Shown in pieces: positions 10,659 to 19,309 of a stretch of DNA of 32,000 bases (the first letter of the stretch is position 1; each line of letters opens with the position of its first letter). The position numbers and the translations under genes are program-made. The DNA comes from Calidithermus timidus DSM 17022 (lineage in GTDB: Bacteria > Deinococcota > Deinococci > Deinococcales > Thermaceae), in assembly GCF_000373205.1 (NCBI RefSeq), contig NZ_KB890703.1, positions 1-32,000 of the forward strand. Reading direction: 5' to 3'. The notes under the pieces are model-generated. The model searched no databases. It saw only the letters and a list, made by a program, of their open reading frames with translations, and was not told where the DNA came from.

Positions 10659-11651
10659 CTATAGCCATCTCTCGAGCCACCTGAGCCAATTGCTCCCCAG
10701 CACCCCCTCGCGGGCTTCTGCTGGCACCAGGTCGCCGATTTTAGCGAGATCGCCTGGCTGATCCAGGCCTTCGGGGTTTTCGTTCATGCCGAAGCCGCCG
10801 TCGAAATCCGAGCCCAGGCCCACCCTGTCCCAGCCGATGAGACCAGCGACGTGGTAGAGGTGCTTCTGCACGGTGTGCAGGCTTAGCCGCTGCATGCCCC
10901 GGCTCCAGGTGTGCTCGAGGAAGAAGTTGAACAGCACTACCCCCACCATCCCATCCCGCTCCCCGATGGCTGAGATCATCGCGTCGGAGAGGTGGCGGTT
11001 GGCGAAGGGAGTGTCGGCGCCGCCCAGCAGGCTGCGGGGGTTGGCGTGGGTGGCGCAGACGGGGCCGTGGAAAACCTCTAAGCTCTCCCAGAAGGCCTGC
11101 TCGTCCATGTGGGCGAAGTCCAGCGCCAGCCCGGTCTCGTCCAGGGCGTGCAGCAACTCGACTCCAAGGGGGGTGAGACCGCCGGGCTCACGGGTGCCGC
11201 CACAGTAGCGCGTGCGGTTCCAGGCCGGGCCCACGAGTCGCACGCCTTCGGTCTTCCAGAAGCCCACCTCGCCGGGCTCGCGGATGCACTCCCCGCCCTC
11301 GATGAGGATCAGCAGCCCCGGGACGCGGTCGGTGGGCCAGCGCTGCTGGTGGGAGCGCAGATCGTCGGTATTGCGGATGATCCGCACCAGGCCCGCATCC
11401 TCCCAACGCCGGTAAACCTCGAGCTGAGCGCGGGCTGCCGCATGAGCCGCCTCAGGATCGGTGTGCTTCTTGGGGTCTGCCCACAGCGTGGCGAAGCACA
11501 GCCCTACACCGCCCTCGCGCAGGGCAGGGAGCGTCACTACGGGGATGTCCTTATGACCGTCGCGCTCACGCAATTCGGCCAGGGGTAGCGTCAGGTCGCG
11601 GCCAAGGTCCAAGACGTTGTGGGCGAGATCGAGGTGGGCATCGACGATCAT
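10659..11651 (-). CDS. Membrane dipeptidase (peptidase M19 family)
   Basis: 330 aa with an MIVDAHLDLAHN... N-terminus (the HxD metal site of M19) and a C-terminal ...GLGSDFDGG... motif. Confidence 0.85.
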   Translation of the reverse strand: MIVDAHLDLAHNVLDLGRDLTLPLAELRERDGHKDIPVVTLPALREGGVGLCFATLWADPKKHTDPEAAHAAARAQLEVYRRWEDAGLVRIIRNTDDLRSHQQRWPTDRVPGLLILIEGGECIREPGEVGFWKTEGVRLVGPAWNRTRYCGGTREPGGLTPLGVELLHALDETGLALDFAHMDEQAFWESLEVFHGPVCATHANPRSLLGGADTPFANRHLSDAMISAIGERDGMVGVVLFNFFLEHTWSRGMQRLSLHTVQKHLYHVAGLIGWDRVGLGSDFDGGFGMNENPEGLDQPGDLAKIGDLVPAEAREGVLGSNWLRWLERWL

Positions 11652-11693
11652 GATCTAAATCTAAAGGATAAGCCCTTGCTGCAGGCCGATTGC

Positions 11694-13904
11694 TCAGCGC
11701 GTATGGCTCCCTTCCGGCTCGAGGCACTCGAGCCGCAGGGCCTCGGGGTACTTTTGCACCACGCGGTCGAAGGCGGCAACCACTGCCGGATCGAACTGGC
11801 TGCCCGCGCCGGAGCGCACTTCGGCCAGGGCCTGCTCAATGCTCCAGGCTTCTTTGTAGGGGCGGGGTGAGACCAAAGCGTCGAACACGTCGCACACCGC
11901 GAAGATGCGGGCCGCCAGGGGGATGTCCTGACCCTTCAGGCCCGAGGGGTAGCCGGTGCCGTCCCAGCGCTCGTGGTGATGCAGCACCACCAGCCGTGCG
12001 GTCTCGGGCAGGAAGGGCAGGTGGCGGGTGAGGCGGTAGCCCAGCGTGGTGTGGGACTGCATGACCTGCCGCTGCTCGCTGTCGAGCCCGGTGGGCTTGG
12101 CGAGGATGCTGTCGGGCACGGTCAGCTTGCCCAGGTCGTGCAGATAGGCTCCCCAGCGCAACTCGCGCAGCTCGCTGGGGTCCAGCCCCAATTCCTGGCC
12201 CAGCAGTTCGGCCAGCCGGGCCACCCGGTCGGTGTGCCCGGCGGTCTCGAGGTCGCGGGCCTCGAGGGCCACCCCGATGGCCCGCAGCGCGCCCTCGTAG
12301 GCAGCTTCGCGCTCCTCGCGCTCGCGTCGGGCCGCTAGCAGCGCGGTGATCTGCAGGGCGTAATTGCGGGCCGCCCGGATAGAGCGCTCGTCGAGGGCTT
12401 GCTCGTTGCTGAAGTTATCGAGGTTGATGAAGCCCTGGACCTCGCCTGCTAGCACCACCGGCAGGCACAGGCTACAGCGGATTTCCTTCAGGCGTCCCCA
12501 TTGCTCGAACAGCCTGGCCGAGGCCACGTCCATGAACTGATCCTGAAATCCCACTGCCTGGCGCAGGAAATCCTGCTTGGCGATGCGGGGTTCGCCGGCG
12601 AGCCAGGCGTGGGGTTGGGGGTGCCAATAGCGGTGGATGGGCATCATTACCTTAGCGCCCAGCAGGCGGTCGTCGTAGCCCATCTGGGCCACGAGCCTGT
12701 AGGCCTTGCCCTCGCGCACGAAGATACTGCCACCTTCGGCCCCTGGCACCATCTCCACTGCGCAGCGCAGCAATTCGCTCCAGGCTTGGTCGCTCGAGCC
12801 CACCGCCAACGCGGTTACGGTGTGCAGCAGGCCCCGACTCTCGCGTAACTGACGCTCGAGGTGGGCGCTCTTGCGGCTGCGCTCGAGCGCGGTGGCCGCC
12901 ACGTTGGCGATCAGCCCCAGCAGCCGTTCCTCGAACGGGGTATAGTTGGCAGGCAGGTCGCGGGCGGAGTGCAGCACACCCAGGGGCTCACCGTTGACAT
13001 CGAACATGGGGGCGGTGAGCTGGGCGTGAGGGGGGGAGGGGGGGCCGGGGTTGAAGTTGCGGGGGTCGCGGGGGGCGTTCTCCACCCGCAGTACCCGCTT
13101 GTGCTCGAGGCTAGCCCAGCTCAGGCCCATGCCCCTAGGGACGCGCACGTGGGCGTGGCGCTCGAATAGTCCCAGCCATCCGGCGCTCTCGAGCCAGTCG
13201 CTTTCGGGGTCATACAGCAGCACGTGGACGTGGGGAGAGCTCATCAAGCGCGATATCTCCTGTACCAGCAGGGCCATGATCTCTTCTTGGCGGCTGGCAC
13301 GGTTGAGGGTCTGGGTCAGGCCCTCGATGATCTCGAACTCGCGCAGCCGGGCCTCGAGCGCGCTGCGCTGGTTTTGGGCGGCCAGCAGGGTGGTGGCTTG
13401 CAGGGCATAAAGCCGGATGGCCTCGAGTGACTCCGAGGTGAAGGCGTCTTCCCGCGAACGGTTGTCGAGCTGGATGTAAGCGGCTACCTCGTGGCCGATG
13501 GGCAGGGGCAGGAAGAGGCTGGCGCGGATGCTCTGCAGGTGCTCGTGGTGCAGCGCGGCCTTGGCCGCGCGGGTGTTGGGCTGCTCGAGGGCTGCGCCCA
13601 TGAGCTTCTTGAGCGTGACCCCATTGGCGATGCGGGGTTCGCCGCGTCGACAGGCTTCCTCGTTGCCGTGCCAGGCGATGATGCTGGCTTCGCTGAAGTT
13701 TAACCCCAGGGCTTGTGGCGGGTAATTGTGGACGGCGATGACCCGATAGCAGTGCTCGTGTCGGGCGATGATTGCCCCGCCCTCGGCGCCTGGGACCACC
13801 TCCACGGCAGAACGCAGCAAGGAGGGCCAGAGTTCTTTCTCGCGTTGCCCGGCCAGCGCCTGTAGGGTTTTCAAGAGGGCAGTGTAAGCACTGGCGCTAC
13901 TCAT
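11694..13904 (-). CDS. Multi-GAF-domain HD-GYP phosphodiesterase (c-di-GMP signalling)
   Basis: 736 aa. The C-terminus carries LHDLGK...HHHERWDGTGYP (HD-GYP). The N-terminal two thirds consist of GAF-like modules, two of them clearly duplicated (LLRSAVEVVPGAEGGAII... / LLRCAVEMVPGAEGGSIF...). Confidence 0.85.
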   Translation of the reverse strand: MSSASAYTALLKTLQALAGQREKELWPSLLRSAVEVVPGAEGGAIIARHEHCYRVIAVHNYPPQALGLNFSEASIIAWHGNEEACRRGEPRIANGVTLKKLMGAALEQPNTRAAKAALHHEHLQSIRASLFLPLPIGHEVAAYIQLDNRSREDAFTSESLEAIRLYALQATTLLAAQNQRSALEARLREFEIIEGLTQTLNRASRQEEIMALLVQEISRLMSSPHVHVLLYDPESDWLESAGWLGLFERHAHVRVPRGMGLSWASLEHKRVLRVENAPRDPRNFNPGPPSPPHAQLTAPMFDVNGEPLGVLHSARDLPANYTPFEERLLGLIANVAATALERSRKSAHLERQLRESRGLLHTVTALAVGSSDQAWSELLRCAVEMVPGAEGGSIFVREGKAYRLVAQMGYDDRLLGAKVMMPIHRYWHPQPHAWLAGEPRIAKQDFLRQAVGFQDQFMDVASARLFEQWGRLKEIRCSLCLPVVLAGEVQGFINLDNFSNEQALDERSIRAARNYALQITALLAARREREEREAAYEGALRAIGVALEARDLETAGHTDRVARLAELLGQELGLDPSELRELRWGAYLHDLGKLTVPDSILAKPTGLDSEQRQVMQSHTTLGYRLTRHLPFLPETARLVVLHHHERWDGTGYPSGLKGQDIPLAARIFAVCDVFDALVSPRPYKEAWSIEQALAEVRSGAGSQFDPAVVAAFDRVVQKYPEALRLECLEPEGSHTR

Positions 13905-13985
13905 CGTAGGGGAGTATAAGCCCAGCTTCGCCCCTGCTTGGTGCCTTTAAGCCACCGACCATCGACCTCGTGCTAGATTGGCCTC

Positions 13986-15239
13986 ATGCGCCTGCGTGCC
14001 CTGATCCTCGCAGCCTTGCTGGCGCTGGGCACGGGCCTTACCCACCCCGCCGGCGATCTGCTGCAAGAAGCCCTGAGGCTGCTCGAGACCCACTACTTCG
14101 GCTACGCCCAGCCCGATTTCAAGGTCCTGGGGGAGCGCTATGGGCGCGAGCTCGAGCGGCTGTGTGCCTCGAACCTCGAGTGCGGCTTCGAGGTTGGGCG
14201 CAGCGTGGTCGCACGGCTGGTGCGCGACATCGGCGATGGGCACACCTATTTCCTCAGCCCCGAGCGTTACAAGCAGAGCCTCGATCGCTTCGCGGGCCGG
14301 GTTGACCCTACGCCCATCTACGGCATCAGCATGGTCGGCTTCTTCGATGGGCGTGTTCTGATTGGCGACGTGAGGCCCCAGAGCGCTGCCGACGTGGCGG
14401 GGGTCAGGCCCTTCGATCGGGTCGTGGCGGTGGGTGGCGAGAGCCTGAAGAGCCTCGAGGACTTCCGCAACCGCATCAACACCGATCAGCCGGTGCGCCT
14501 GAGCCTGCTGCGCGGGGTCCAGGGTGCCGAGCAGCGCTTGGAACTGACCTTGCGCCGCCAGCCCTACAGCTTACCGGTACTGCCCCTTCTCTACGCTCCC
14601 AGCGATGCGCCCCAGGGGGTCTTCGTGCTGCGCATCCCCGATTTCGCCGCCTACAAGCAGGTAGGGCCCAGGGTTCACGCCCTGGTGCGCGAGGCTGAGG
14701 GCAAGGGGGCCAAGGCCATCGTGGTCGACCTGCGGGGCAACTCCGGCGGCGAGGAGACCGAATGCGAGAGCGCACCCGGCGCCTTTGTGGATGCTTTCAG
14801 CTTCGAGATGCGCAGCAAGACCGCCACGGTGCCCTTCGGCTACGCCGACGGCGCGGTGCTGGGCAACGATCCCAAGGACCCCAACCCCCCCTACCGCCTC
14901 GAGCAGCCCGCCCGCTTCGGCGGCAAGGTCGCGGTGCTCATCGACGGCTCCACCGCTTCGTGTGGCGAGATCATGGCCTACGTGCTCAAGGAGTTCGGCC
15001 AGGTGCCCCTCATCGGCCAGCGCACCGCAGGGGTGATGAACACCGCCACCGAGTTCTGGCCTCTCCCCGACGGCTCCGCCATCGCCATCACCTACGTACG
15101 CACCCTCAAAGCCGGCGGTGAGCCGCTCCCTGAGTTCGTCACCCCCGACGTCGAGATGCCCTACGAGCCCGAGGTCATCGCCCGCACCGGGCGCGACCCT
15201 ATGCTGGAGAAGGCGCTCGAGGTGCTGGGGGTGAAGTAA
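13986..15239 (+). CDS. S41 family C-terminal processing peptidase with PDZ domain, secreted
   Basis: 417 aa with signal peptide [17 protein letters not shown], a PDZ-like segment (...[18 protein letters not shown]...), the DLRGNSGG motif and a downstream ...SASCGE... typical of S41. Confidence 0.8.
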   Translation: MRLRALILAALLALGTGLTHPAGDLLQEALRLLETHYFGYAQPDFKVLGERYGRELERLCASNLECGFEVGRSVVARLVRDIGDGHTYFLSPERYKQSLDRFAGRVDPTPIYGISMVGFFDGRVLIGDVRPQSAADVAGVRPFDRVVAVGGESLKSLEDFRNRINTDQPVRLSLLRGVQGAEQRLELTLRRQPYSLPVLPLLYAPSDAPQGVFVLRIPDFAAYKQVGPRVHALVREAEGKGAKAIVVDLRGNSGGEETECESAPGAFVDAFSFEMRSKTATVPFGYADGAVLGNDPKDPNPPYRLEQPARFGGKVAVLIDGSTASCGEIMAYVLKEFGQVPLIGQRTAGVMNTATEFWPLPDGSAIAITYVRTLKAGGEPLPEFVTPDVEMPYEPEVIARTGRDPMLEKALEVLGVK

Positions 15240-15265
15240 GCCCAAAGGGCATTAAGCTAAAGGGC

Positions 15266-15673
15266 ATGAGCAAGTCTCTGGCCCTGATCGCCCATGACGG
15301 CAAGAAGGCCGACATGGTTTCCTTCGCCAAGGACCATCGCGAACTCCTCTCGCGCTACAAGCTCATCGCCACCGGAACCACTGGCAGGCTACTCAGGCAG
15401 AAGGCGGGGCTCGAGGTCGAAGCCCTGCTCTCGGGGCCGATGGGCGGTGACCAGCAGATCGGAGGGCGGGTGGCCGAGGGAAAGGTGGCCGCCGTGATCT
15501 TCCTGCGCGACCCCTTGGCCGCCCAGCCCCACGAGCCCGATGTGCAGGCCCTCATGCGCGTTTGCGACGTGCATAACGTGCCCTTAGCCAGCAACCTGGC
15601 CGCCGCCGAGGCCATCCTGGCCTGGCTACAGAGCGATCTTTCGCGCGATGATCTCGAGCCCGAAAGTGTCTGA
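15266..15673 (+). CDS. mgsA: Methylglyoxal synthase
   Basis: 135 aa, [21 protein letters not shown]...LIATGTTG...[10 protein letters not shown]...FLRDPL...HEPDV, the canonical MGS motifs. Confidence 0.9.
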   Translation: MSKSLALIAHDGKKADMVSFAKDHRELLSRYKLIATGTTGRLLRQKAGLEVEALLSGPMGGDQQIGGRVAEGKVAAVIFLRDPLAAQPHEPDVQALMRVCDVHNVPLASNLAAAEAILAWLQSDLSRDDLEPESV

Positions 15674-15713
15674 ATACCGGATGTCAGGTAAGTTGAGTGC
15701 TATAGTGTTAGGT

Positions 15714-15944
15714 ATGACACCCCTCGAGTGGATCCAACACATGCTGGAAGCTAACCGCGAAGCTTTGCGGCAGATGCCTTTCCCTCCCGGCATGGCCGAG
15801 TATGTGCAAGAGCTGGTGCAGTCCGGCCAGACCGAGCAGATCATCAACCTGATGAAGCTGGGCTTCCTCATCGGCCTTCAGCAGGGTGCAGCCCAGGTTC
15901 AAGCCGGTGAAGCCCTAATCCAGCGCTCTGCGATTCAAGCATGA
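15714..15944 (+). CDS. Hypothetical small protein (76 aa)
   Basis: Frame of track ORF 15648..15944. I prefer ATG 15714 because TATAGT (15701-15706) sits 7 nt upstream (leaderless-type). ATG 15681 is an alternative start. No recognisable family. Confidence 0.4.
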   Translation: MTPLEWIQHMLEANREALRQMPFPPGMAEYVQELVQSGQTEQIINLMKLGFLIGLQQGAAQVQAGEALIQRSAIQA

Positions 15945-16013
15945 GTCGAAGGCCAAACGCTGAACGCCGGTAAATGTCCCCTCCCCGCGTGCAGGGGCGG
16001 TACAATCACCTCC

Positions 16014-16715
16014 GTGTTGGTGATCCCTGCGGTAGATATCCAACAAGGCCGCGCCGTGCGGCTGTTTGAAGGTAAGCCCGAGCTCGAGACCGTCTACTTC
16101 GAAGACCCCCTGGAGGCTGCCCTGCACTGGCAGGCCCAGGGGGCCAGATTATTGCACCTCGTAGACCTTGATGCGGCCACGGGACGCGGGGAGAACCGCG
16201 CAGCGATCCGCCGCATCGCCGAGCGGCTGGGGGTGCCCTTCGAGGTGGGGGGTGGGGTGCGGAGCTTAGGGGCGGCCCAGGAGCTGCTCGAGCTGGGCGC
16301 GGAGCGGGTGGTGGTGGGCACGGTGGCGGTCAAGCAGCCTGAGGTGTTTATGGCGATGCTCGAGGCTTTAGGCCCTGAGCGGGTGGTAGTCAGCCTGGAT
16401 GCACGGGGACTGGAGGTGGTGGTGTCGGGCTGGGCCGAGGGCACCGCACAGGACGTGCGCGAGCTGGCCCGCCGGATGCACCAGTCGGGCGTGCGGGCCC
16501 TCATCTACACCGACGTGCGCCGCGACGGTACCTTGCAGGGGCTCGACCTCGAGACCATTGCCAGGGTGCGCGAGGCCTGGCCCGCTTTTCTCATTGCCGG
16601 GGGTGGAATCGCCTCCGACGCCGACCTCGAGGGCCTGCAGCGCCTAGGGGTAGAGGGGGCCATCACCGGCAAAGCCCTTTACGAGGGTCGGATTGACCTG
16701 AGCCGGTGGGTATGA
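16014..16715 (+). CDS. hisA: 1-(5-phosphoribosyl)-5-[(5-phosphoribosylamino)methylideneamino]imidazole-4-carboxamide isomerase
   Basis: 233 aa, (M)LVIPAVDIQQGRAVRL...LHLVDLDAA...VGGGVRS...IYTDVRRDGTLQG...IAGGGIAS, the HisA barrel motifs. GTG start at 16014, with TACAAT (16001-16006) 7 nt upstream. Confidence 0.9.
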   Translation: MLVIPAVDIQQGRAVRLFEGKPELETVYFEDPLEAALHWQAQGARLLHLVDLDAATGRGENRAAIRRIAERLGVPFEVGGGVRSLGAAQELLELGAERVVVGTVAVKQPEVFMAMLEALGPERVVVSLDARGLEVVVSGWAEGTAQDVRELARRMHQSGVRALIYTDVRRDGTLQGLDLETIARVREAWPAFLIAGGGIASDADLEGLQRLGVEGAITGKALYEGRIDLSRWV

Positions 16716-16716
16716 G

Positions 16717-16753
16717 AAAGGCCTTCCTTCCCGTCCCCCGGCCTTTTGCTTTT
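16717..16753 (+). terminator. hisA terminator candidate
   Basis: AAAGGCC (16717-16723) / GGCCTTT (16740-16746) forms a 7-bp stem with a 16-nt loop, followed by TGCTTTT. Confidence 0.45.
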
Positions 16754-16776
16754 GGCGTTAGACATCCCAAAACTTT

Positions 16777-16782
16777 TGTCAA
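16777..16782 (-). promoter_or_regulatory. Perfect -35 hexamer TTGACA at the recombinase-distal terminus; it pairs with TACACA (23008-23013) only after circularisation
   Basis: The predicted circle junction on the coding strand reads TTGACA-AAAGTTTTGGGATGTCT (17 nt)-TACACA-TCTCCTAAG-ATG(rep). Confidence 0.35.
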
Positions 16783-16785
16783 GCC

Positions 16786-17694
16786 CTAGCGAACGCAAAC
16801 TGCCCAAGCCGCACGCGCTAAGCGATGAGCAACAGCAACAATCGCCAGCTTCTTGGGCTTGCCCGAACCCACAAGACGACGATAGAAAGCAGCCTGCGCG
16901 GTGTCGGTGCGGGTCGCACTGACGGCAGCAAGGTAATAGGACGAGCGCAGCGCAGGCGGCCCGATACGCGAGATGCGGGCCACAGTGTCCAGCTCACCCG
17001 ACTGATAAACGCGCGGAGTAAGCCCCGTGTAAGCCGCGTAGGCCCTCGCCGAGCGGAAGCGGCGGAAGTCCCCCGAGTAGGCCAGCAACTTGAGGGCCAG
17101 GGTTGGGCCAACCCCCGGCAAGGTTTGCAGGGAGGTGAGCCAGGAAGCGCCCACTGGGTACGCCTCGACCACCGCACGCGCCTCGGAATAGAGCGATTCA
17201 CGGTAATCCTGAAGGACTTGCGGCACCGCCTGGGCGAGGCCGTGGACACGTGGATGGGCGTAGGCCCAGGCGTGCAGGCGGTTGAGGCTAGCAGTGCGCT
17301 GGGTGGTCAGGCCCTCGGCGAAGCGCACCAGGAGAGAGGCCAGATACAGGGCCTCAGGCAACGGCTCATAGGGGGTGAGATCAGCCCGATATTGAGCCAG
17401 GAAGCGGGCAAGTAGGCGAGCGTCAGCCTTATCGGTCTTGTTGCGGGTGAGGAGCGATCTGGCGTAAGAGCGCACCTGCAAAGGGTTGACCACGTAGACC
17501 GCGAACCCGGCTCGGTGCAGGGCATAGGCCAGGGGGCGGTAATAGACCCCGGTAGCCTCCATAACCACCGACGAGCTGGAGGGTAAGCGGGCAATCAGGG
17601 CGGCTATGCCCTCGGGGGTGTTGGGCCACTGGGAGAGATCATCGCCCACGGCCACATCTAGGCGAGAGCGGGAGATGTCAACGCCAACGTTCAT
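16786..17694 (-). CDS. IS110-family DEDD/serine recombinase (transposase)
   Basis: 302 aa. The N-terminal RuvC-like DEDD residues are in VGVDISRSRLD, VMEATGVYY and NKTDKADARLLA. The C-terminal Tnp domain carries YTGLTPRVYQSGE...ISRIGPPALRSSYY (the catalytic Ser context of IS110/IS1111 enzymes). It appears intact. Confidence 0.9.
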   Translation of the reverse strand: MNVGVDISRSRLDVAVGDDLSQWPNTPEGIAALIARLPSSSSVVMEATGVYYRPLAYALHRAGFAVYVVNPLQVRSYARSLLTRNKTDKADARLLARFLAQYRADLTPYEPLPEALYLASLLVRFAEGLTTQRTASLNRLHAWAYAHPRVHGLAQAVPQVLQDYRESLYSEARAVVEAYPVGASWLTSLQTLPGVGPTLALKLLAYSGDFRRFRSARAYAAYTGLTPRVYQSGELDTVARISRIGPPALRSSYYLAAVSATRTDTAQAAFYRRLVGSGKPKKLAIVAVAHRLARAAWAVCVR

Positions 17695-17709
17695 AGAGAG
17701 AGCGCGGGA

Positions 17710-17819
17710 GCCCTACGGCACCCTTACACGCGACCACGAAGGCCAACATCCCAAACGCCGATTAGTGGGCTAGGGCCACGCTAACGCACGACCACGAAGG
17801 CCAAGACTATCCACGGCCA
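17710..17819 (-). ncRNA. Candidate IS110-type bridge RNA (target-binding loop and donor-binding loop); the true 5'/3' ends are not determined
   Basis: It lies in the 144-nt gap upstream of the recombinase ATG. There are two units of [7-nt guide]-1 nt-[CGACCACGAAGGCCAA]-[10-nt guide]. 17803-17812 equals 23013-23022 (10/10). 17781-17787 is the reverse complement of 16755-16761 (7/7). 17746-17755 equals 16762-16771 (10/10). 17723-17729 is the reverse complement of 23009-23015 (7/7). As minus-strand RNA the 16-mer folds as GGCC-UUCGU-GGUC. The upstream loop is closed by GGCCGUG/CGUGGCC (17813-17819 / 17774-17780), which needs G-U pairs and so only works in the minus sense. Confidence 0.6.
17731..17804 (-). 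repeat. Two direct copies of the 16-nt unit CGACCACGAAGGCCAA, 58 nt apart
   Basis: Exact copies at 17731-17746 and 17789-17804. Each is preceded by (C)TxAC(G)C-type 7-mers and followed by 10-mers that match the element junctions. Confidence 0.9.
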
Positions 17820-17838
17820 CACCCGCGCCCGACATAGG

Positions 17839-18078
17839 TTAGCGCCTGTAGCCCCTAGGGCGCAACTTGGGCTGATAGGGGCAGGGGCTGGGATAGCGGC
17901 ACACCCGCCGCCCCTCACGCAGAGCAGCCACCTCAAGAGTATTCAGAGGCTCACGACAACGGGCGCAGCGGACGCGGGTATCAGGTTGCCGGGAGCGCCC
18001 AGGGCCACTCAGAGAGCGCAGCATCCAGGCCGTCCAGCCGATCACCAGTAGGAGCAGGAGCAGAGCTAGAAGGTTCAC
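17839..18078 (-). CDS. Small membrane/Cys-rich ORF overlapping the 3' end of the Zot-like gene in the +1 frame; possibly the missing TM/C-terminal part of pI
   Basis: 79 aa from GTG 18078. NLLALLLLLLVIGWTAWML is a TM helix, followed by CARC...(17 aa)...CRYPSPC. There is no SD. It overlaps 17981-18078 of the Zot ORF. Confidence 0.4.
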   Translation of the reverse strand: MNLLALLLLLLVIGWTAWMLRSLSGPGRSRQPDTRVRCARCREPLNTLEVAALREGRRVCRYPSPCPYQPKLRPRGYRR

Positions 18079-18913
18079 GGAGCGATTCTAGCCGCTCACG
18101 GAGCAGCTCATGCGGTCGTTTGCCCTCACGATATGCAGTAGCCAGATCAGCAATGGACAGCGACGGGAGGCCGTCAGACGGAGCAGCGCGGCCCCCGCGC
18201 ACCTTCGATGCATCCCAGGCCAGCCCCATACGATCGACAACAGCCCGGCGCTTGGGATCTAACTCTCGCTGCAAACGCACAATGGGAGGCTCGAAAATCG
18301 CGTGCGTGTCGTAGCAGGAAGCCGCCAGCGGGTCGAGCGCGACGATATCGTTACGGGCTACGCCTTCCCAAATGCCATGACTAGTACGCTGCATCATGCC
18401 GATGGACTCATCCATGATTGCCGTATAGCGGAGGAGTCGGCGACCACGAGTCCAGGGGAACGTGAGCAGTCGCAGCCAGAACGGAGCCGGACGTGCCCAG
18501 TAAACGAACGCCACGAGATCACGGACGATAGCGTCCACCGAGCCGTAGCGTTGCGTGGCCAACAGGACGTCGACGCCAGCCTTGCGGTGCTGGCTCCAGA
18601 ATGCGATGACCTCAACTGGGATCAAATCAAACTGTCGCGACGGCAGCCACATATGCGCCTCATCGAACAGGAGGAGGCCGTCATAAACGTTCAGCAGCTC
18701 ATCATAGCCGCGTATCTCCCCGATGGAGTCGGCAGCCAGGACCGCCTCACGATGTCCGAATCTGGCCCTGAGGCGGAGCCAGTGATAGACGTTCTCCCGA
18801 ACAAACGCAAAATTCGCGTAGAGACGACGACCCCGGACCAGAGCGCGCAGGCCCCGGTGGACGAGCATGTAACTTTTGCCCGAGCCCGGAATGCCAACGT
18901 ATGCCTCAATCAT
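17981..18913 (-). CDS. Zonula occludens toxin (Zot)/pI-like inovirus assembly ATPase
   Basis: I prefer ATG 18911-18913 (MIEAYVGIPGSGKSY..., Walker A) after a G-rich SD. Walker B is LLLFDEAHMW. The ATG overlaps the stop of the upstream pVI-like ORF (ATGA). 310 aa as called, with no TM helix in this frame. Confidence 0.85.
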   Translation of the reverse strand: MIEAYVGIPGSGKSYMLVHRGLRALVRGRRLYANFAFVRENVYHWLRLRARFGHREAVLAADSIGEIRGYDELLNVYDGLLLFDEAHMWLPSRQFDLIPVEVIAFWSQHRKAGVDVLLATQRYGSVDAIVRDLVAFVYWARPAPFWLRLLTFPWTRGRRLLRYTAIMDESIGMMQRTSHGIWEGVARNDIVALDPLAASCYDTHAIFEPPIVRLQRELDPKRRAVVDRMGLAWDASKVRGGRAAPSDGLPSLSIADLATAYREGKRPHELLRERLESLREPSSSAPAPTGDRLDGLDAALSEWPWALPAT

Positions 18914-19269
18914 CTGCCCCCCCGTATAAACGTGATCACGCGCCAGAGGGACATGACGGAGTAGAAAGCCCCCCACACTCCAGCCATAGTAAGAGCCTCA
19001 GAGATAGGCAGTATTTGATTGGCGGCCCCAGCAACCCCAAGAACATAACTCAGGCCGGAGGGCGGAGACGGCATGGCAGGCAACATCCCCACAAGAATAT
19101 TAAGCAGGCCCACAACAATGTGTAGCAGCCCGGACACGAGCCAGAGAGCCGCTGCTACCAGCCACTCTAAGATTTGTCCCAGCCAGCCAACGACCCACGC
19201 GCCCACAGCAGCGAGAGCATCGGCAAACCAACGAACGATGTTAGCGACGGCTTGAACCACTGCACCCAT
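18910..19269 (-). CDS. pVI-like minor coat/assembly membrane protein
   Basis: 119 aa from ATG 19267-19269, preceded by GGAGGTG. It has several hydrophobic helices (WVVGWLGQILEWLVAAALWLVSGLLHIVVGLLNILVGML...). Its position between the pIII-like and pI genes matches Ff gene VI. Confidence 0.55.
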   Translation of the reverse strand: MGAVVQAVANIVRWFADALAAVGAWVVGWLGQILEWLVAAALWLVSGLLHIVVGLLNILVGMLPAMPSPPSGLSYVLGVAGAANQILPISEALTMAGVWGAFYSVMSLWRVITFIRGGR

Positions 19270-19309
19270 TCCACTCACCTCCAAAAGCAAGAGGATGATT
19301 TATCTAAAC

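Noticed and set aside
16762-17840. A simple stand-alone IS110/IS1000-like insertion sequence of about 1.1 kb next to an unrelated prophage.
   Set aside because: The donor-type guide CTTACAC (17723-17729) has its complement GTGTAAG at 23009-23015 and not anywhere in 17813-17900, where a short IS would have to end. The AG core and the host-matching guides also bracket the 6.25-kb unit. The possibility remains open if homologous copies elsewhere show short ends.
18302-18964. A 220-aa plus-strand ORF opposite the Zot-like gene, and a 231-aa plus-strand ORF 20876..21571 opposite the coat and small-ORF region.
   Set aside because: Each overlaps minus-strand genes that have clear functional signatures (Walker A/B, signal peptide and coat architecture, ATGA-coupled chain). 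They have no SD and no recognisable motifs. Inoviruses encode their genes on one strand.
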